A stretch of DNA of 64,000 nt from Candidatus Ratteibacteria bacterium (GTDB lineage: Bacteria > Ratteibacteria > UBA8468 > B48-G9 > JAFGKM01). The position numbers and the translations under genes are program-made. Shown one piece after another: positions 17,951-28,014 of the stretch; positions within the stretch are counted from its first letter, which is position 1; every line of letters starts with the position of its first letter. The stretch covers positions 3,621-67,620 of the forward strand of contig JBKBIN010000005.1 of assembly GCA_046296715.1 (NCBI GenBank). The letters run 5' to 3'. Under the pieces are notes generated by a model, which saw nothing but the letters and a program-made list of their open reading frames with translations, ran no database searches and was not told the origin of the DNA.

Positions 17951-19138
17951 ATGGCAAAAATTATTACTTTTGGCTGTAAAGTTAATCAATATGAAAGTCA
18001 ACTTATAAAAGAAAATATAGAAAATGATGATAACTTTAAATCAGATAATATTGTTATTTTAAATTCATGTTGTGTGACTGAAAAAGCAGAAAAAGAAGTA
18101 AAGAAAAAGATAAAGGAATTATTGAATCAAGGGAAAAAAATATATTTAACAGGCTGTATTTCTGAAAAAAATGGGAAATTAAAAGAGAGTGAAAATTTAA
18201 AGATAATAGAAAAAAGTTTTTTCTTCAAGTTTAAAGATAAAATTGAATATTTCTCTGGACATACTCGTGCTTTTGTAAAAATAGAGGATGGATGCGAAAA
18301 TTTTTGTACTTATTGTATTATCCCTTATGTTAGAGGAAAGGTTGTAAGCAGAAAAGAAAAAGATATTATTGAAGAGATAAAAAAACTTGGCGAAAATGGA
18401 TATAAAGAAATAGTTTTAACTGGTATTAATCTTGGCTGTTACGGAAAGGATAACGGTGAAAGTTTAATTTCTTTAATTAAAAAGATTGAAGATATTGAGG
18501 AGATAAATAGAATAAGATTAAGTTCAATTGAAATCTATTATATTAATGAACCCTTTATTGAATCGCTTAAAAATACAAAAAAGTTTTGTCCACATTTCCA
18601 CATACCTCTTCAAAGTGGTTCAGATAAAATTTTAAGTTTAATGGGAAGAAGATATAATTTTAATGAGTATTACGAAAAGATTGAAATGATAAGAAAAAAG
18701 ATTGAAAAAGTGACTTTTACAACTGATATAATGGTTGGTTTTCCAGGAGAGAAAGAACAAGATTTTGAAAAGTCATGTATTGCGATTGATAAAATAAAAT
18801 TCTTAAAAGTCCATATTTTCTCATATTCTGAAAGAAAAGGGACTTTTGCAATAAATTTACCAGATAAAGTTAATGAAAAGATAAAGAAAGAAAGATTTAA
18901 GAAGTTATATGAAATTTCAGAAATTTCAAGAAAAAAAGTTTTAGAAGAGTTTATTGGGCAAAAATTATATGTTTTATTTGAAGAAAAAGAAGGAAATTTC
19001 TGGAAAGGATATTCAGAAAATTATATACCTATTATTGTAAATTCAGAACAAAATTTAAAAAATCAGATTATTTCTGTAATACCTGAAAGGATTTATAAAG
19101 GTTTTCTTTTAGGTAAAATTTTAAATCAAGGAGATTAG
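17951..19138 (+). CDS. mtaB: tRNA methylthiotransferase, MiaB/MtaB family
   Basis: FGCKVNQYES N-terminal domain and a radical SAM CENFCTYC motif; 395 aa. Confidence 0.75.
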   Translation: MAKIITFGCKVNQYESQLIKENIENDDNFKSDNIVILNSCCVTEKAEKEVKKKIKELLNQGKKIYLTGCISEKNGKLKESENLKIIEKSFFFKFKDKIEYFSGHTRAFVKIEDGCENFCTYCIIPYVRGKVVSRKEKDIIEEIKKLGENGYKEIVLTGINLGCYGKDNGESLISLIKKIEDIEEINRIRLSSIEIYYINEPFIESLKNTKKFCPHFHIPLQSGSDKILSLMGRRYNFNEYYEKIEMIRKKIEKVTFTTDIMVGFPGEKEQDFEKSCIAIDKIKFLKVHIFSYSERKGTFAINLPDKVNEKIKKERFKKLYEISEISRKKVLEEFIGQKLYVLFEEKEGNFWKGYSENYIPIIVNSEQNLKNQIISVIPERIYKGFLLGKILNQGD

Positions 19139-19141
19139 AAA

Positions 19142-19315
19142 ATGAAACCAATATCTCTAATTTTTGGTTTTTTATTATTGATTGCTGGAATTTTTTTTAC
19201 ATTTAAACCAAAAGTCACATATGAGAAAGAATCTACTTCTGATATTATTGCAGTTGTAGGAATTATTTTAATGATAGCAGGAATTGTTTTGTTACTTTCA
19301 CCTTTTTTAAGATAA
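19142..19315 (+). CDS. Small two-TM membrane protein (57 aa, below the ORF-track cutoff)
   Basis: Manual translation gives MKPISLIFGFLLLIAGIFFTFKPKVTYEKESTSDIIAVVGIILMIAGIVLLLSPFLR. It has two hydrophobic helices and starts 3 nt after the mtaB stop. Confidence 0.5.
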   Translation: MKPISLIFGFLLLIAGIFFTFKPKVTYEKESTSDIIAVVGIILMIAGIVLLLSPFLR

Positions 19316-19885
19316 TTAAATAGACCTTGAAGGTGAAATTAAATTAAGTGCCTCTGTTCTTGTTCTTAAATCTCTTAAAAAAATTCCTCTCATAGCACTT
19401 GTTACTATTTTTGCTCCTGGTTTTTTTATCCCTCTCATTATCATACACATGTGTTCTGCTTCAACTATTGCCATCGCTCCTTGGGGTGTTAAAACATCCA
19501 TAATTATATCAACTATTTGATTTGTCATTCTTTCTTGTATTTGTGGTCTTTTTGAAAGAATATCAACAAGGCGAACAATTTTACTTATACCAACAACATT
19601 GTTACCATCTGGTAAATAAGCAATATGTGCTTTCCCAAAAAAAGGTAAGAAATGATGTTCACATATTGAATAAAAATTTACATCTTTAATAAGAACAAGT
19701 TCGTTAAAATCCTCTTTAAATACTTTTCCCAATACTTTTTTTGGATCAACATCTATTCCACTGAAAATTTCTGCATACATTTTTGCAACTCTTTTTGGTG
19801 TATCTTTAAGTTTTTTCTTATCTATATTTTCACCCAATGCTTCTATTATCAATTTCATCCCTTCTTCTATTTTCATTATGTCCAT
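19316..19885 (-). CDS. folE: GTP cyclohydrolase I
   Basis: SICEHHFLPFFGKAHIAY and MCMIMRG motifs. The ATG at 19885 has an AAGGGAGA SD and overlaps the ftsH 3' end by 56 nt. Confidence 0.9.
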   Translation of the reverse strand: MDIMKIEEGMKLIIEALGENIDKKKLKDTPKRVAKMYAEIFSGIDVDPKKVLGKVFKEDFNELVLIKDVNFYSICEHHFLPFFGKAHIAYLPDGNNVVGISKIVRLVDILSKRPQIQERMTNQIVDIIMDVLTPQGAMAIVEAEHMCMIMRGIKKPGAKIVTSAMRGIFLRDLRTRTEALNLISPSRSI

Positions 19886-21692
19886 TTTCGTCTCCCTTTT
19901 TTATTCCAAGAATTTTATCTATTTCTTCTGATGTTAATGTCTCTTTTTCTAAAAGTTCTTTAACAAGAAGGTCAAGTTTATCCCTGTTTTTAATAATAAT
20001 TTCTTTCGCTTTTTTTTCTGCTTCTTCAAGAATTTTTTTGATTTCTTTATCAATTTCTCTTGAAGTTTCTTCACTAAACTCCCTTTGTTGAATAAGATCT
20101 CTTCCAAGAAATACTGTATCATGCTGTCTGAAACTAACAGGTCCTAAGTTTTCACTCATTCCCCATTCGCAGACCATCTTTTTTGCAATTTCAGTTGCAA
20201 TCCTTAAATCATTTTCACTACCTGTAAACTTCTTACCAAAAACTATTTCTTCGGTTGCTCTTCCTGCAAGAAGTGCAGCAAGAGAATTTTTGTAATATAC
20301 ATCGCTTTCAAGAAATCTATCTTTGTCAGGCAATATGTGAGTTATACCAAGTGCTTGTCCTCTTGGGATTATTGTAACTTTATGAACAGGATATACTTCT
20401 GGTAAACTTTTTTGAACAAGAGTATGTCCTGCTTCATGATATGCAATAATTTTTTTCTCCTCTTCGCTTATATATAAACTTTTTCTTTCAACACCCATCA
20501 AAACTTTATCTTTTGCTTCTTCAAAATCAACCATATCAATTTTTTCTTTTCCTTTTCTTGCTGCAAGAAGTGCTGCTTCATTAACAATATTTGCAAGGTC
20601 TGCTCCTGAAAGTCCTGGTGTTGCTCTTGCAATTAGGGATAAATCAACTGTTTCTGAAAGTGGTTTATTTTTTGTGTGAACTTTTAATATCTTTTCTCTT
20701 GCTTTAACATCAGGAAGAGTAACAACAACTGTTCTATCAAATCTTCCAGGTCTTGTTAATGCAGGGTCTAAAACATCTGGTCTATTTGTTGCTGCCATAA
20801 CAATTATTCCTTCATCTGTCTGAAAACCATCCATTTCTACAAGTAGTTGATTTAGCGTTTGTTCTCTTTCGTCATGTCCTCCTCCAAGTCCTGCAAATCT
20901 CTGTCTTCCAACAGCATCAATCTCATCAATAAAAATAATGCAAGGTGCAAGTCTTTTTGCCTGTCTAAATAAATCTCTAACTCTTGCTGCACCAACTCCT
21001 ACAAACATTTCAACAAAATCAGAACCGCTCATACCTAAAAAAGGAACTCCTGCTTCTCCTGCAACTGCTTTTGCAAGAAGAGTTTTTCCTGTTCCTGGAG
21101 GACCGATTAAAAGAACTCCTTTTGGGATTTTTCCACCAAGTTTTTGAAATTTTTTAGGATTTTTTAAAAATTCAATTATTTCTTTTAATTCTTCCTTTGC
21201 CTCTTCACATCCAGCCACATCTTCAAAAGTAATTCTATTTTTAGGATTTGGAATAATTGGTGTACTTTTTGCAAAAGACATAACCCTATTTCTTTCAAGA
21301 TTTGCCTGTTTAATGACTACCCAGAAAATCAAGAAAAAAATCAAAGCAGGAATTAAATATGGAATTAATTCAAAAATCCAACTACCAGGTTCATATTTGA
21401 AAGAAACATTATTTTCAATTAAAATTTTATTTAAATCAGGGTCTTCTCCAAAGTAAGTATAAAAAGTTCTTCCATCTTTTAATTTCCCATAAATAACTTC
21501 TTTTCTTATTGTTAAGACACCTTCAATATTCCCCTTTTTTACTTCATTAATGAAATCACTATAAATTAAGTTTACTTTTTTACTTTCAAATTGTGAAAAT
21601 TTTAAAAGTCCTATAATAAATATCCCTATCAAAATCCATAATAAAAAACCTTTTAAGAAATTCAAATTATTCCCTTTTCCCTTTTCTTCCAT
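19830..21692 (-). CDS. ftsH: ATP-dependent zinc metalloprotease FtsH
   Basis: Walker [12 protein letters not shown] region, and the HEAGH zinc motif. Confidence 0.95.
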   Translation of the reverse strand: MEEKGKGNNLNFLKGFLLWILIGIFIIGLLKFSQFESKKVNLIYSDFINEVKKGNIEGVLTIRKEVIYGKLKDGRTFYTYFGEDPDLNKILIENNVSFKYEPGSWIFELIPYLIPALIFFLIFWVVIKQANLERNRVMSFAKSTPIIPNPKNRITFEDVAGCEEAKEELKEIIEFLKNPKKFQKLGGKIPKGVLLIGPPGTGKTLLAKAVAGEAGVPFLGMSGSDFVEMFVGVGAARVRDLFRQAKRLAPCIIFIDEIDAVGRQRFAGLGGGHDEREQTLNQLLVEMDGFQTDEGIIVMAATNRPDVLDPALTRPGRFDRTVVVTLPDVKAREKILKVHTKNKPLSETVDLSLIARATPGLSGADLANIVNEAALLAARKGKEKIDMVDFEEAKDKVLMGVERKSLYISEEEKKIIAYHEAGHTLVQKSLPEVYPVHKVTIIPRGQALGITHILPDKDRFLESDVYYKNSLAALLAGRATEEIVFGKKFTGSENDLRIATEIAKKMVCEWGMSENLGPVSFRQHDTVFLGRDLIQQREFSEETSREIDKEIKKILEEAEKKAKEIIIKNRDKLDLLVKELLEKETLTSEEIDKILGIKKGDENGHNENRRRDEIDNRSIG

Positions 21693-22705
21693 CCTTTATT
21701 TATTTCCTCCTTTAACTTTTTTATAACTTCTTCAACATTTTGTGAATTTTCTAAAGCACTTATTACTGCAATTCCATCTGCTCCTTTTTCAATAACTTTT
21801 TTTGCATTTTCTATATTTATACCTCCTATCCCAATAAGAGGTATAGAGATTTTCTCTTTAACTTTTTTTAAAATATCTAAACCAATTGGTTCTTTTTCTA
21901 ATTTTGTTGGTGATTTAAAAATTGACCCAATAGCAAAATAATCTATGTCTTTTCCTTTTAATCTCTCTATTTCCTCTACATTACTTATTGAAACTCCAAC
22001 TATTTTTTCTGGTATTATTTTTCTTACATCTTCAATATCTAAATCATTCTTTCCTATATGAACTCCATCTCCATCGCATAAAAAACATATATCAACTCTG
22101 TCATTAATTATATATATTATCTCATCTGGAATATTTTTTTTCAAGAAATTTGCTATTTTCAAAAAAAATTTTGAATTTTCACCCTTATATCTAAGTTGGA
22201 CTATGTCAGGTTTTCCTTTAATTACTCTTTCAGCAAAATTTAAAAAATTTTTTTCATCTTCTTTTAGATTAAGTATTACATAAAAGCAAGGCAAATTTAT
22301 TTTTTTTCTTGAAATTTTACTAATAACTTTTTTCTCACATTCATAAATTTCAAATCTTAAATTATGAAAGAAAGAAAAATAATCAGGATTAATAATTTTT
22401 GAATACTCTTCAATAACTCTTATCGCTTCTTCAACTCTAAAAAAATTATTTTCTATAAGTTGTCTTAAATTTAATTTCTGTTTTTTATCAAATTGTCTTC
22501 CAATATCTTTTTCAACATCTCTTTGACTTTTTAATTTTTCAGATGGAAAATAATTTAATATACCTTTTGAAAACTTATGTCTTATTTCTTTTATTTTTTC
22601 TAAAAGTTGCTTATCCTCGCATATAAATCTTACGGACTCTTCAATTACTCTTAAACCTTCTCTTGCTCTGTTAAAATTTACATCAACAATCCTTAAAATT
22701 TTCAT
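21662..22705 (-). CDS. thiE: Thiamine-phosphate synthase with a ~135-aa N-terminal extension
   Basis: The C-terminal ~210 aa look like ThiE/TMP-TENI (VQLRYKG, GVHIGKND, IGIGGI). The N-terminal domain (MKILRIVDVNFNRAREGLRVIEE...) is extra. Confidence 0.75.
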   Translation of the reverse strand: MKILRIVDVNFNRAREGLRVIEESVRFICEDKQLLEKIKEIRHKFSKGILNYFPSEKLKSQRDVEKDIGRQFDKKQKLNLRQLIENNFFRVEEAIRVIEEYSKIINPDYFSFFHNLRFEIYECEKKVISKISRKKINLPCFYVILNLKEDEKNFLNFAERVIKGKPDIVQLRYKGENSKFFLKIANFLKKNIPDEIIYIINDRVDICFLCDGDGVHIGKNDLDIEDVRKIIPEKIVGVSISNVEEIERLKGKDIDYFAIGSIFKSPTKLEKEPIGLDILKKVKEKISIPLIGIGGINIENAKKVIEKGADGIAVISALENSQNVEEVIKKLKEEINKGWKKREKGII

Positions 22706-23165
22706 TTATTTTCTTTATTAAATTTGTTGTTGAATATTTTTTATATAAAGGGACGATAACAATCTTCCCTCCATATCTTTCAATAATATCTTTTCCTACA
22801 ACTTCTTCCTTTTTATAATCTGCTCCTTTAACTATAAAATTCGGTAAAATTGCTTTTATTAATTTTTCTGGTGTCTTTTCTTCAAATATAACAATATAAT
22901 CTACCATTGAAAGTGATGAAAGAATTTCACATCTTCCTTTTTGGTCAATTATAGGTCTTTTTTTTCCTTTTATCATTCTAATTGATTTATCACTATTAAG
23001 CCCAACTATCAAAATATCTCCAATTGACTTTGCTTTTTTTAAAACTTTTATATGCCCTGGATGTAGAATGTCAAAGCAACCATTTGTAAAAACAATAGTT
23101 TTCCCTTCTTTTCTCAAATTTGAAGATATTTTTTCTATTTCTTCAATAGATTTTATTTTATCCAT
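22683..23165 (-). CDS. hldC: D-glycero-beta-D-manno-heptose-1-phosphate adenylyltransferase (RfaE domain II type)
   Basis: Cytidylyltransferase motif TNGCFDILHPGH; 160 aa. Confidence 0.85.
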   Translation of the reverse strand: MDKIKSIEEIEKISSNLRKEGKTIVFTNGCFDILHPGHIKVLKKAKSIGDILIVGLNSDKSIRMIKGKKRPIIDQKGRCEILSSLSMVDYIVIFEEKTPEKLIKAILPNFIVKGADYKKEEVVGKDIIERYGGKIVIVPLYKKYSTTNLIKKINENFKDC

Positions 23166-23167
23166 TT

Positions 23168-23749
23168 TTAAAATTCTTCTTCAATCAGAAAGCATAGAAG
23201 GTGGTAAATAATTAAATGTACCTGTTGAACTTTATATGTTTCTTTTGATGGGACTGCAATAATAAAGTCGGATATCTTCTCAAGAGTATTAGGGGTCTTC
23301 CCTGTAATTGAAATGACCTTAATTTTCTTTTGCTTTGCAATATTTGCTGCTTTAATTACATTTTTTGATTCTCCAGAAGTTGAAAAACATATAAGAATAT
23401 CATTTTCTTTGCCAATAGCCCTAACTTGTTTTGAAAATACTTCATCAAATGAATAATCGTTTGCTATACTTGTTAAAACAGAAGAATCTGTTGTTAAAGA
23501 AATAAAAGGAAGGGGTTCTCTTTCTTTCTTAAATTTATTAACCATTTCTCCTGCAAAATGTTGACAGTCAGCGCTACTTCCACCATTTCCACAAAGAAGT
23601 ATTTTATTCCCATTTTTTATACATTCAACAATGATTTCTGAAATTTTTATAAGATTTTCATTAAATTGATTTGAAAAAACAGAATTAACAAGTTCTAAGT
23701 GGTCTTTTACTTCTTTTTCTAAAAATTCAAGTTTCTTTTGCTTGGTCAT
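23168..23749 (-). CDS. gmhA: Phosphoheptose isomerase
   Basis: SIS domain with CGNGGSSADCQHFAGE. Confidence 0.9.
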   Translation of the reverse strand: MTKQKKLEFLEKEVKDHLELVNSVFSNQFNENLIKISEIIVECIKNGNKILLCGNGGSSADCQHFAGEMVNKFKKEREPLPFISLTTDSSVLTSIANDYSFDEVFSKQVRAIGKENDILICFSTSGESKNVIKAANIAKQKKIKVISITGKTPNTLEKISDFIIAVPSKETYKVQQVHLIIYHLLCFLIEEEF

Positions 23750-24272
23750 TTTTTTCTACCTTTCCAATAATATTTGTAACATAAATTTCTATATTCGCTA
23801 TTCTCTCAATTCCAATTGTATCTTGTAGATATCTTTTTATTAACTCCTGAATAGTACTGCATGTCTCTGTGATATTTAATTGAGAAATTATTTTTAAATT
23901 TACTTTTGTTTCAAGGCCTCTTGAAGTGACAAATGCTTTAACTTTTATACCTTCTATACCCTCTATATGTTTAATTATTGTTGAGCTAATATAATCTTCT
24001 ATTGCTTTAAGAGAAATTTTTACTTTTCCTCCTGGATTATCAAAAGAAACTGCTTTCGTTCTATAAATATAATCAATCCAGTTTACTATCCATAGTATTC
24101 CTATAAATAAAACTATTATTGCAAAAAATCCGACATTAATAGAATTCTTTTCAATAAAATTTATAAAACTTTGACATAATTCTTTATTTGAAAAAAATGA
24201 AAGAAGACAAAAAACAAAAATTATGCCCATCATTATATAAATACCTCCAACAATTCTGCTCCATATCCGCAT
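23727..24272 (-). CDS. Membrane protein, function unknown (possibly an AmaP-like anchor)
   Basis: Two N-terminal TM helices followed by a soluble domain; I recognise no motif. Confidence 0.4.
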   Translation of the reverse strand: MRIWSRIVGGIYIMMGIIFVFCLLSFFSNKELCQSFINFIEKNSINVGFFAIIVLFIGILWIVNWIDYIYRTKAVSFDNPGGKVKISLKAIEDYISSTIIKHIEGIEGIKVKAFVTSRGLETKVNLKIISQLNITETCSTIQELIKRYLQDTIGIERIANIEIYVTNIIGKVEKNDQAKET

Positions 24273-24334
24273 GTGTCCCCCTATTTTTTATATTTTCTTT
24301 AATTTTTTGAAAATAGTCAAATTTTCTTACTTTT

Positions 24335-25663
24335 TTAATTTTTAAAACTTTTTTTAAATTGAGGTAAATAATCTTTGTTTTTTTCAAATAATTCATTAAC
24401 TAATTGTCTAATTTCTCTTAAAGATAAAACACTTGCAGTTAAAGGATCATAACATACAGCATAATATACCATTTCAGGATTTCCAGTTAAAGCACCTTCA
24501 ACAGCCATTTCCTCAACAGTGATGTTTATGTTATTTAAAGCCGCACATTGTGGAGGTAAGGACCCAACATGGATATAATTGAAACCTCTTCTATTGACAA
24601 AAACTGGAACTTCAACACAGGCACCGTATGGAAGATTGGTGATTATATTTTCATTAGGAACATTTCCATTAAATAAATATGGTTCACCTCCTAAATAAGC
24701 GTTGATAATATAAGAAGCATATTCGTGTCCTCTTTCAAGATTAACTGGTTTTTGGAGGTATTTTCTAATTTCATCCTTCCATATATTTTCTCTTTTAAGA
24801 TATTCTTTTAAAATATATGCGTATTCTCCTGGATTCCAACCAGTTCCAGGCAAACAGTACTTTTCAATTAAATCTTGTCTCTTTCTAAACCACCAGTTAT
24901 ATTCTGAATTATGTCCACTTGATTCTGTTACATAATATCCGAGTGCAAGAAATATCTCATTTCTTACAATCTCCTGTTTATAAATTTCTTCATTCTCTAA
25001 AATTGCTTTTCTTATCAATGGATAAGCATCTTTTCCATCTTTTTTAAATTCAATAAACCATGCTTGATGATTAATTCCTGCACAAAAATAATCAATTTGG
25101 TCAATCTTTGCTTCTATCCAGTTTGCAAGCATTTCTGCTGTCCCCTGAACACTATGACATAAACCAGTTATTTTTAAATGAGGGTAGTTCTTCTGCATTG
25201 CTCTACATAACATTGACATTGGATTTGTATAATTAAGAAAAATTGCATTGGGACAAAGTTGTTCAATATCTTTACATATATCAAGCATAATAGGAATTGT
25301 TCTTAAAGCACGGAAAATTCCAGCAACTCCTCTTGTGTCTCCAACACAGAAATCAACTCCATATTTCTTAGGAATTTCTATATCATATCTCCATATTTCA
25401 ACTCCACCTACAAGTATTGTACATATAACTGCATCTGCATCTTTTAGTGCTTTTCTTCTGTCCATTGTAACTTCAAGTTTTGCAGGATATTTTCCTGTTT
25501 CAATAATTTTTTCAACTGCTTTTTTAATAAATTCAAGTCGTTCTTCATTAATATCCATTAGAGAAATAGTAGAATCTTTTAAAAGAGGAAAAGTAAGAAT
25601 GTCTCTTACAAGAGCCCTTGTAAAACCAAAACTTCCTGCACCAATAAAAGCAATTTTAGCCAT
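24335..25663 (-). CDS. Glycoside hydrolase family 4 (NAD-dependent alpha-glucosidase/alpha-galactosidase type)
   Basis: N-terminal Rossmann motif [13 protein letters not shown], plus conserved NYTNPM and GLCHS motifs. Confidence 0.85.
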   Translation of the reverse strand: MAKIAFIGAGSFGFTRALVRDILTFPLLKDSTISLMDINEERLEFIKKAVEKIIETGKYPAKLEVTMDRRKALKDADAVICTILVGGVEIWRYDIEIPKKYGVDFCVGDTRGVAGIFRALRTIPIMLDICKDIEQLCPNAIFLNYTNPMSMLCRAMQKNYPHLKITGLCHSVQGTAEMLANWIEAKIDQIDYFCAGINHQAWFIEFKKDGKDAYPLIRKAILENEEIYKQEIVRNEIFLALGYYVTESSGHNSEYNWWFRKRQDLIEKYCLPGTGWNPGEYAYILKEYLKRENIWKDEIRKYLQKPVNLERGHEYASYIINAYLGGEPYLFNGNVPNENIITNLPYGACVEVPVFVNRRGFNYIHVGSLPPQCAALNNINITVEEMAVEGALTGNPEMVYYAVCYDPLTASVLSLREIRQLVNELFEKNKDYLPQFKKSFKN

Positions 25664-25737
25664 AAAATCCTCCTCTAAAATGATTATTATTTTAAACTTT
25701 TTACTTTATATGTCAAAGATTATGATAAAATTTAATA

Positions 25738-26412
25738 ATGGTTGAAAATTACTCAATTTTGTTTAGTTTTATAGGTGGAATTGGTTCTTTTTTTAGTCCA
25801 TGTATTTTGCCTTTGATTCCCGTTTATATTTCATATATCACTGGTTATTCATTAGAGGAATTAAAAGAAAAAGAAAATCTTTCATATAAAAAAATCCTTA
25901 TTTCTTCAATATTTTTTATTATCGGCTTTACTTTTATCTTTACTTTACTTGGTGCATCTTCCACTTTTATAGGAAATTTTTTAGGAACAAAAAAAACAAC
26001 TTTCAAGTATATAGGTGGGGCAATAATGATTATTTTTGGGCTTCACATACTTGGAATTTTAAAAATCAAAAAGTTGTATCAAGAAAAAAGAATAAAAATA
26101 AAAAAATTTAATTATAGATATATAAGTTCATTTTTTTTAGGAGTTGGTCTTGCTGGTGCATGGACTCCTTGTGTTGGGCCTGTTCTTTCTTCAATATTAA
26201 TTCTTGCTTCTATGGAAAATACTATAAAAAGAGGAATGCTTCTTTTATTTTTTTATTCTCTTGGAATGGGAATTCCTTTTATCTTAATGACTATTTTTTT
26301 AAAGAAAACAATTCCTTTTTTGAGTAAAATAAAAAGACATTTCAGAAAAATTGAAGTTTTTATGGGTTGTTTACTTATCTTCTTAGGATTTTTTTTAATA
26401 ATTAAATTTTAA
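25738..26412 (+). CDS. ccdA: Cytochrome c biogenesis/thiol-disulfide transporter CcdA (DsbD TM-domain family)
   Basis: FSPCILPLIP and WTPCVGPVL cysteine motifs; 6 TM. Confidence 0.85.
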   Translation: MVENYSILFSFIGGIGSFFSPCILPLIPVYISYITGYSLEELKEKENLSYKKILISSIFFIIGFTFIFTLLGASSTFIGNFLGTKKTTFKYIGGAIMIIFGLHILGILKIKKLYQEKRIKIKKFNYRYISSFFLGVGLAGAWTPCVGPVLSSILILASMENTIKRGMLLLFFYSLGMGIPFILMTIFLKKTIPFLSKIKRHFRKIEVFMGCLLIFLGFFLIIKF

Positions 26413-26545
26413 CTAATTTCTCAAATTTTCTCTAAAATTTTATTTAATTTCACTTCATCTATTTTGCCTATTTTTATATATATCCTTAAGTTTAATTTCC
26501 GCAATTGTAATTAATGTAAAATCAGATGCTTTTGTTATCCCCAAA

Positions 26546-26618
26546 TTACACCTACGAGGTGACGGGTGGGAAAGAAGGATTGACTTGGGACTTGGCAATC
26601 TTGTACTAAAATTTTAAT
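26546..26618 (+). repeat. Copy A of a ~70-nt GC-enriched intergenic element (candidate structured RNA or REP-like element)
   Basis: TTACACCT-ACG-AGGTG hairpin, GTGGGA, GGATTG..CAATCT stem, TTGGCAATC, AAATTTTAAT. It aligns with 39198-39265. Confidence 0.5.
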
Positions 26619-26642
26619 AAAAAGATTGACTTTTTTTATTTT

Positions 26643-27164
26643 TTAATGTTCTTCTAATATAGCATTTATATACCTTTCCATTTCTTTATCGCTACAATAG
26701 TTTGATGTGAATAATACTTGATTTTTTTTATTTATAAATATTAAAGCAGGATCATAAAGTTTTTTTAAATATTCAGCATAAGCCTTTATTATGTCAAGTT
26801 GATAATCCGAAAGATCGTTTATAAATGTCCATTTTATACCCGAAACATCAGCAATTTTTTTAAGGTCACTTGTTGGACAACTTGCAAGTGTAATTGTAAC
26901 AAAGACAACTTTATCTTTATATTTTTGGTAAAGTTTTGCTAACTGTTTAAGTTGTTCAATTGTATTAGGTGCCATACTTCCACCACAATATACTTTCATA
27001 AATTGAATAATTTTAGGTTTATCATATTTATAAAGTTGAAAATTCTTCCCATAAATATCATTTGCAATAATATTAGGTGCTATTTTTTTATCTTCTGCTA
27101 TTGTTTTAGATAAAAATCCGGAAATAAAAATAGTTAGAAATAATACAAAAAATTTATCTCTCAT
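26643..27164 (-). CDS. Secreted thioredoxin-fold (TlpA/redoxin-like) protein with CGGS in place of CxxC
   Basis: The ATG at 27164 has a GGAGGG SD. Signal peptide present. Redoxin-like layout with VYCGGSMAP at the active-site position. Confidence 0.55.
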   Translation of the reverse strand: MRDKFFVLFLTIFISGFLSKTIAEDKKIAPNIIANDIYGKNFQLYKYDKPKIIQFMKVYCGGSMAPNTIEQLKQLAKLYQKYKDKVVFVTITLASCPTSDLKKIADVSGIKWTFINDLSDYQLDIIKAYAEYLKKLYDPALIFINKKNQVLFTSNYCSDKEMERYINAILEEH

Positions 27165-27175
27165 TTTACCCTCCA

Positions 27176-27868
27176 CTATTTTATGTATGAAGCAAGTTTT
27201 GGTCCAAATAATCCGATAATCAATCCTATCAAGATCATCAAAATAGCAATTATTTTAATTATTATATTACCTAACTTTGAAATTTTGATTTGTAATTTTT
27301 CTCTGACACCACCACCTAAAACTGCTAATGGTATTACAGGAATACCATGTCCTAATCCAAAAACAAAAAGTAGAAAACTGCCTTCAAGAATTGTTATTTC
27401 TTTTGCCATAATATATACAATTGCTGGCATTATTAAAGCAGTAGCACAAGGTGCCCAACCAAAAGCAAATAGAACACCAAGCAGAAAAGACGATATTGCA
27501 ATTGGTAAATCAATAATTTTAAATCCAAATTGCTGAAAAAAAGAGATATTGCTTGTTTTTTTCTTTGAAAAATGTTTTAAAATACCGAGTTGTTGCAAAC
27601 CAAAATAAATGAGAATAATTCCAGCAACTGCAAAGAAAATATGAGAGTATCTTACAAATTTTCCAATATATGAAACAAATAAACCAAATATGAAAAATAC
27701 CAAACTTAAACCAGCAGTAAAACATATTCCAAGTATCAATCCTTGTTTTAGATTTTTACTTTCACCAATAATAAAAGAAAGAGTTGCCACAATTATTGCT
27801 ATAGAACAGGGGGATAAACTTGTCATAATACCAAGTAAAAACATTCCAAAGATTGTAATATTTTCCAT
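27176..27868 (-). CDS. Second CcdA/DsbD-TM-family protein
   Basis: LSPCSIAII and GWAPCATALIMP cysteine motifs; multi-TM. Confidence 0.8.
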   Translation of the reverse strand: MENITIFGMFLLGIMTSLSPCSIAIIVATLSFIIGESKNLKQGLILGICFTAGLSLVFFIFGLFVSYIGKFVRYSHIFFAVAGIILIYFGLQQLGILKHFSKKKTSNISFFQQFGFKIIDLPIAISSFLLGVLFAFGWAPCATALIMPAIVYIMAKEITILEGSFLLFVFGLGHGIPVIPLAVLGGGVREKLQIKISKLGNIIIKIIAILMILIGLIIGLFGPKLASYIK

Positions 27869-28014
27869 TTTATACTCCTTTTATTCTGGTTGTTTTAAAA
27901 TTTTTATTTTTAAAAGCAAAGAAGATTTTAATCCTCAAATGTATCCTTTTTCCCACTTTTTCTTAGGAACATATATTCAAAAAGACCAACCAGAATAAAC
28001 CTATAAAAATTTTA

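Noticed and set aside
25248-25745. 165-aa plus-strand ORF
   Set aside because: It is almost entirely antisense to the GH4 gene, Ser/Ile-rich, and has no motif or SD.
27880-27998. 12-bp perfect inverted repeat TTATTCTGGTTG / CAACCAGAATAA separated by 95 nt, just upstream of the second ccdA SD
   Set aside because: A rough estimate for this base composition predicts a few such 12-bp IRs within 200 nt by chance in 64 kb. I saw no supporting inner structure and no second copy. It is recorded here only as a possible leader or MITE-like feature.
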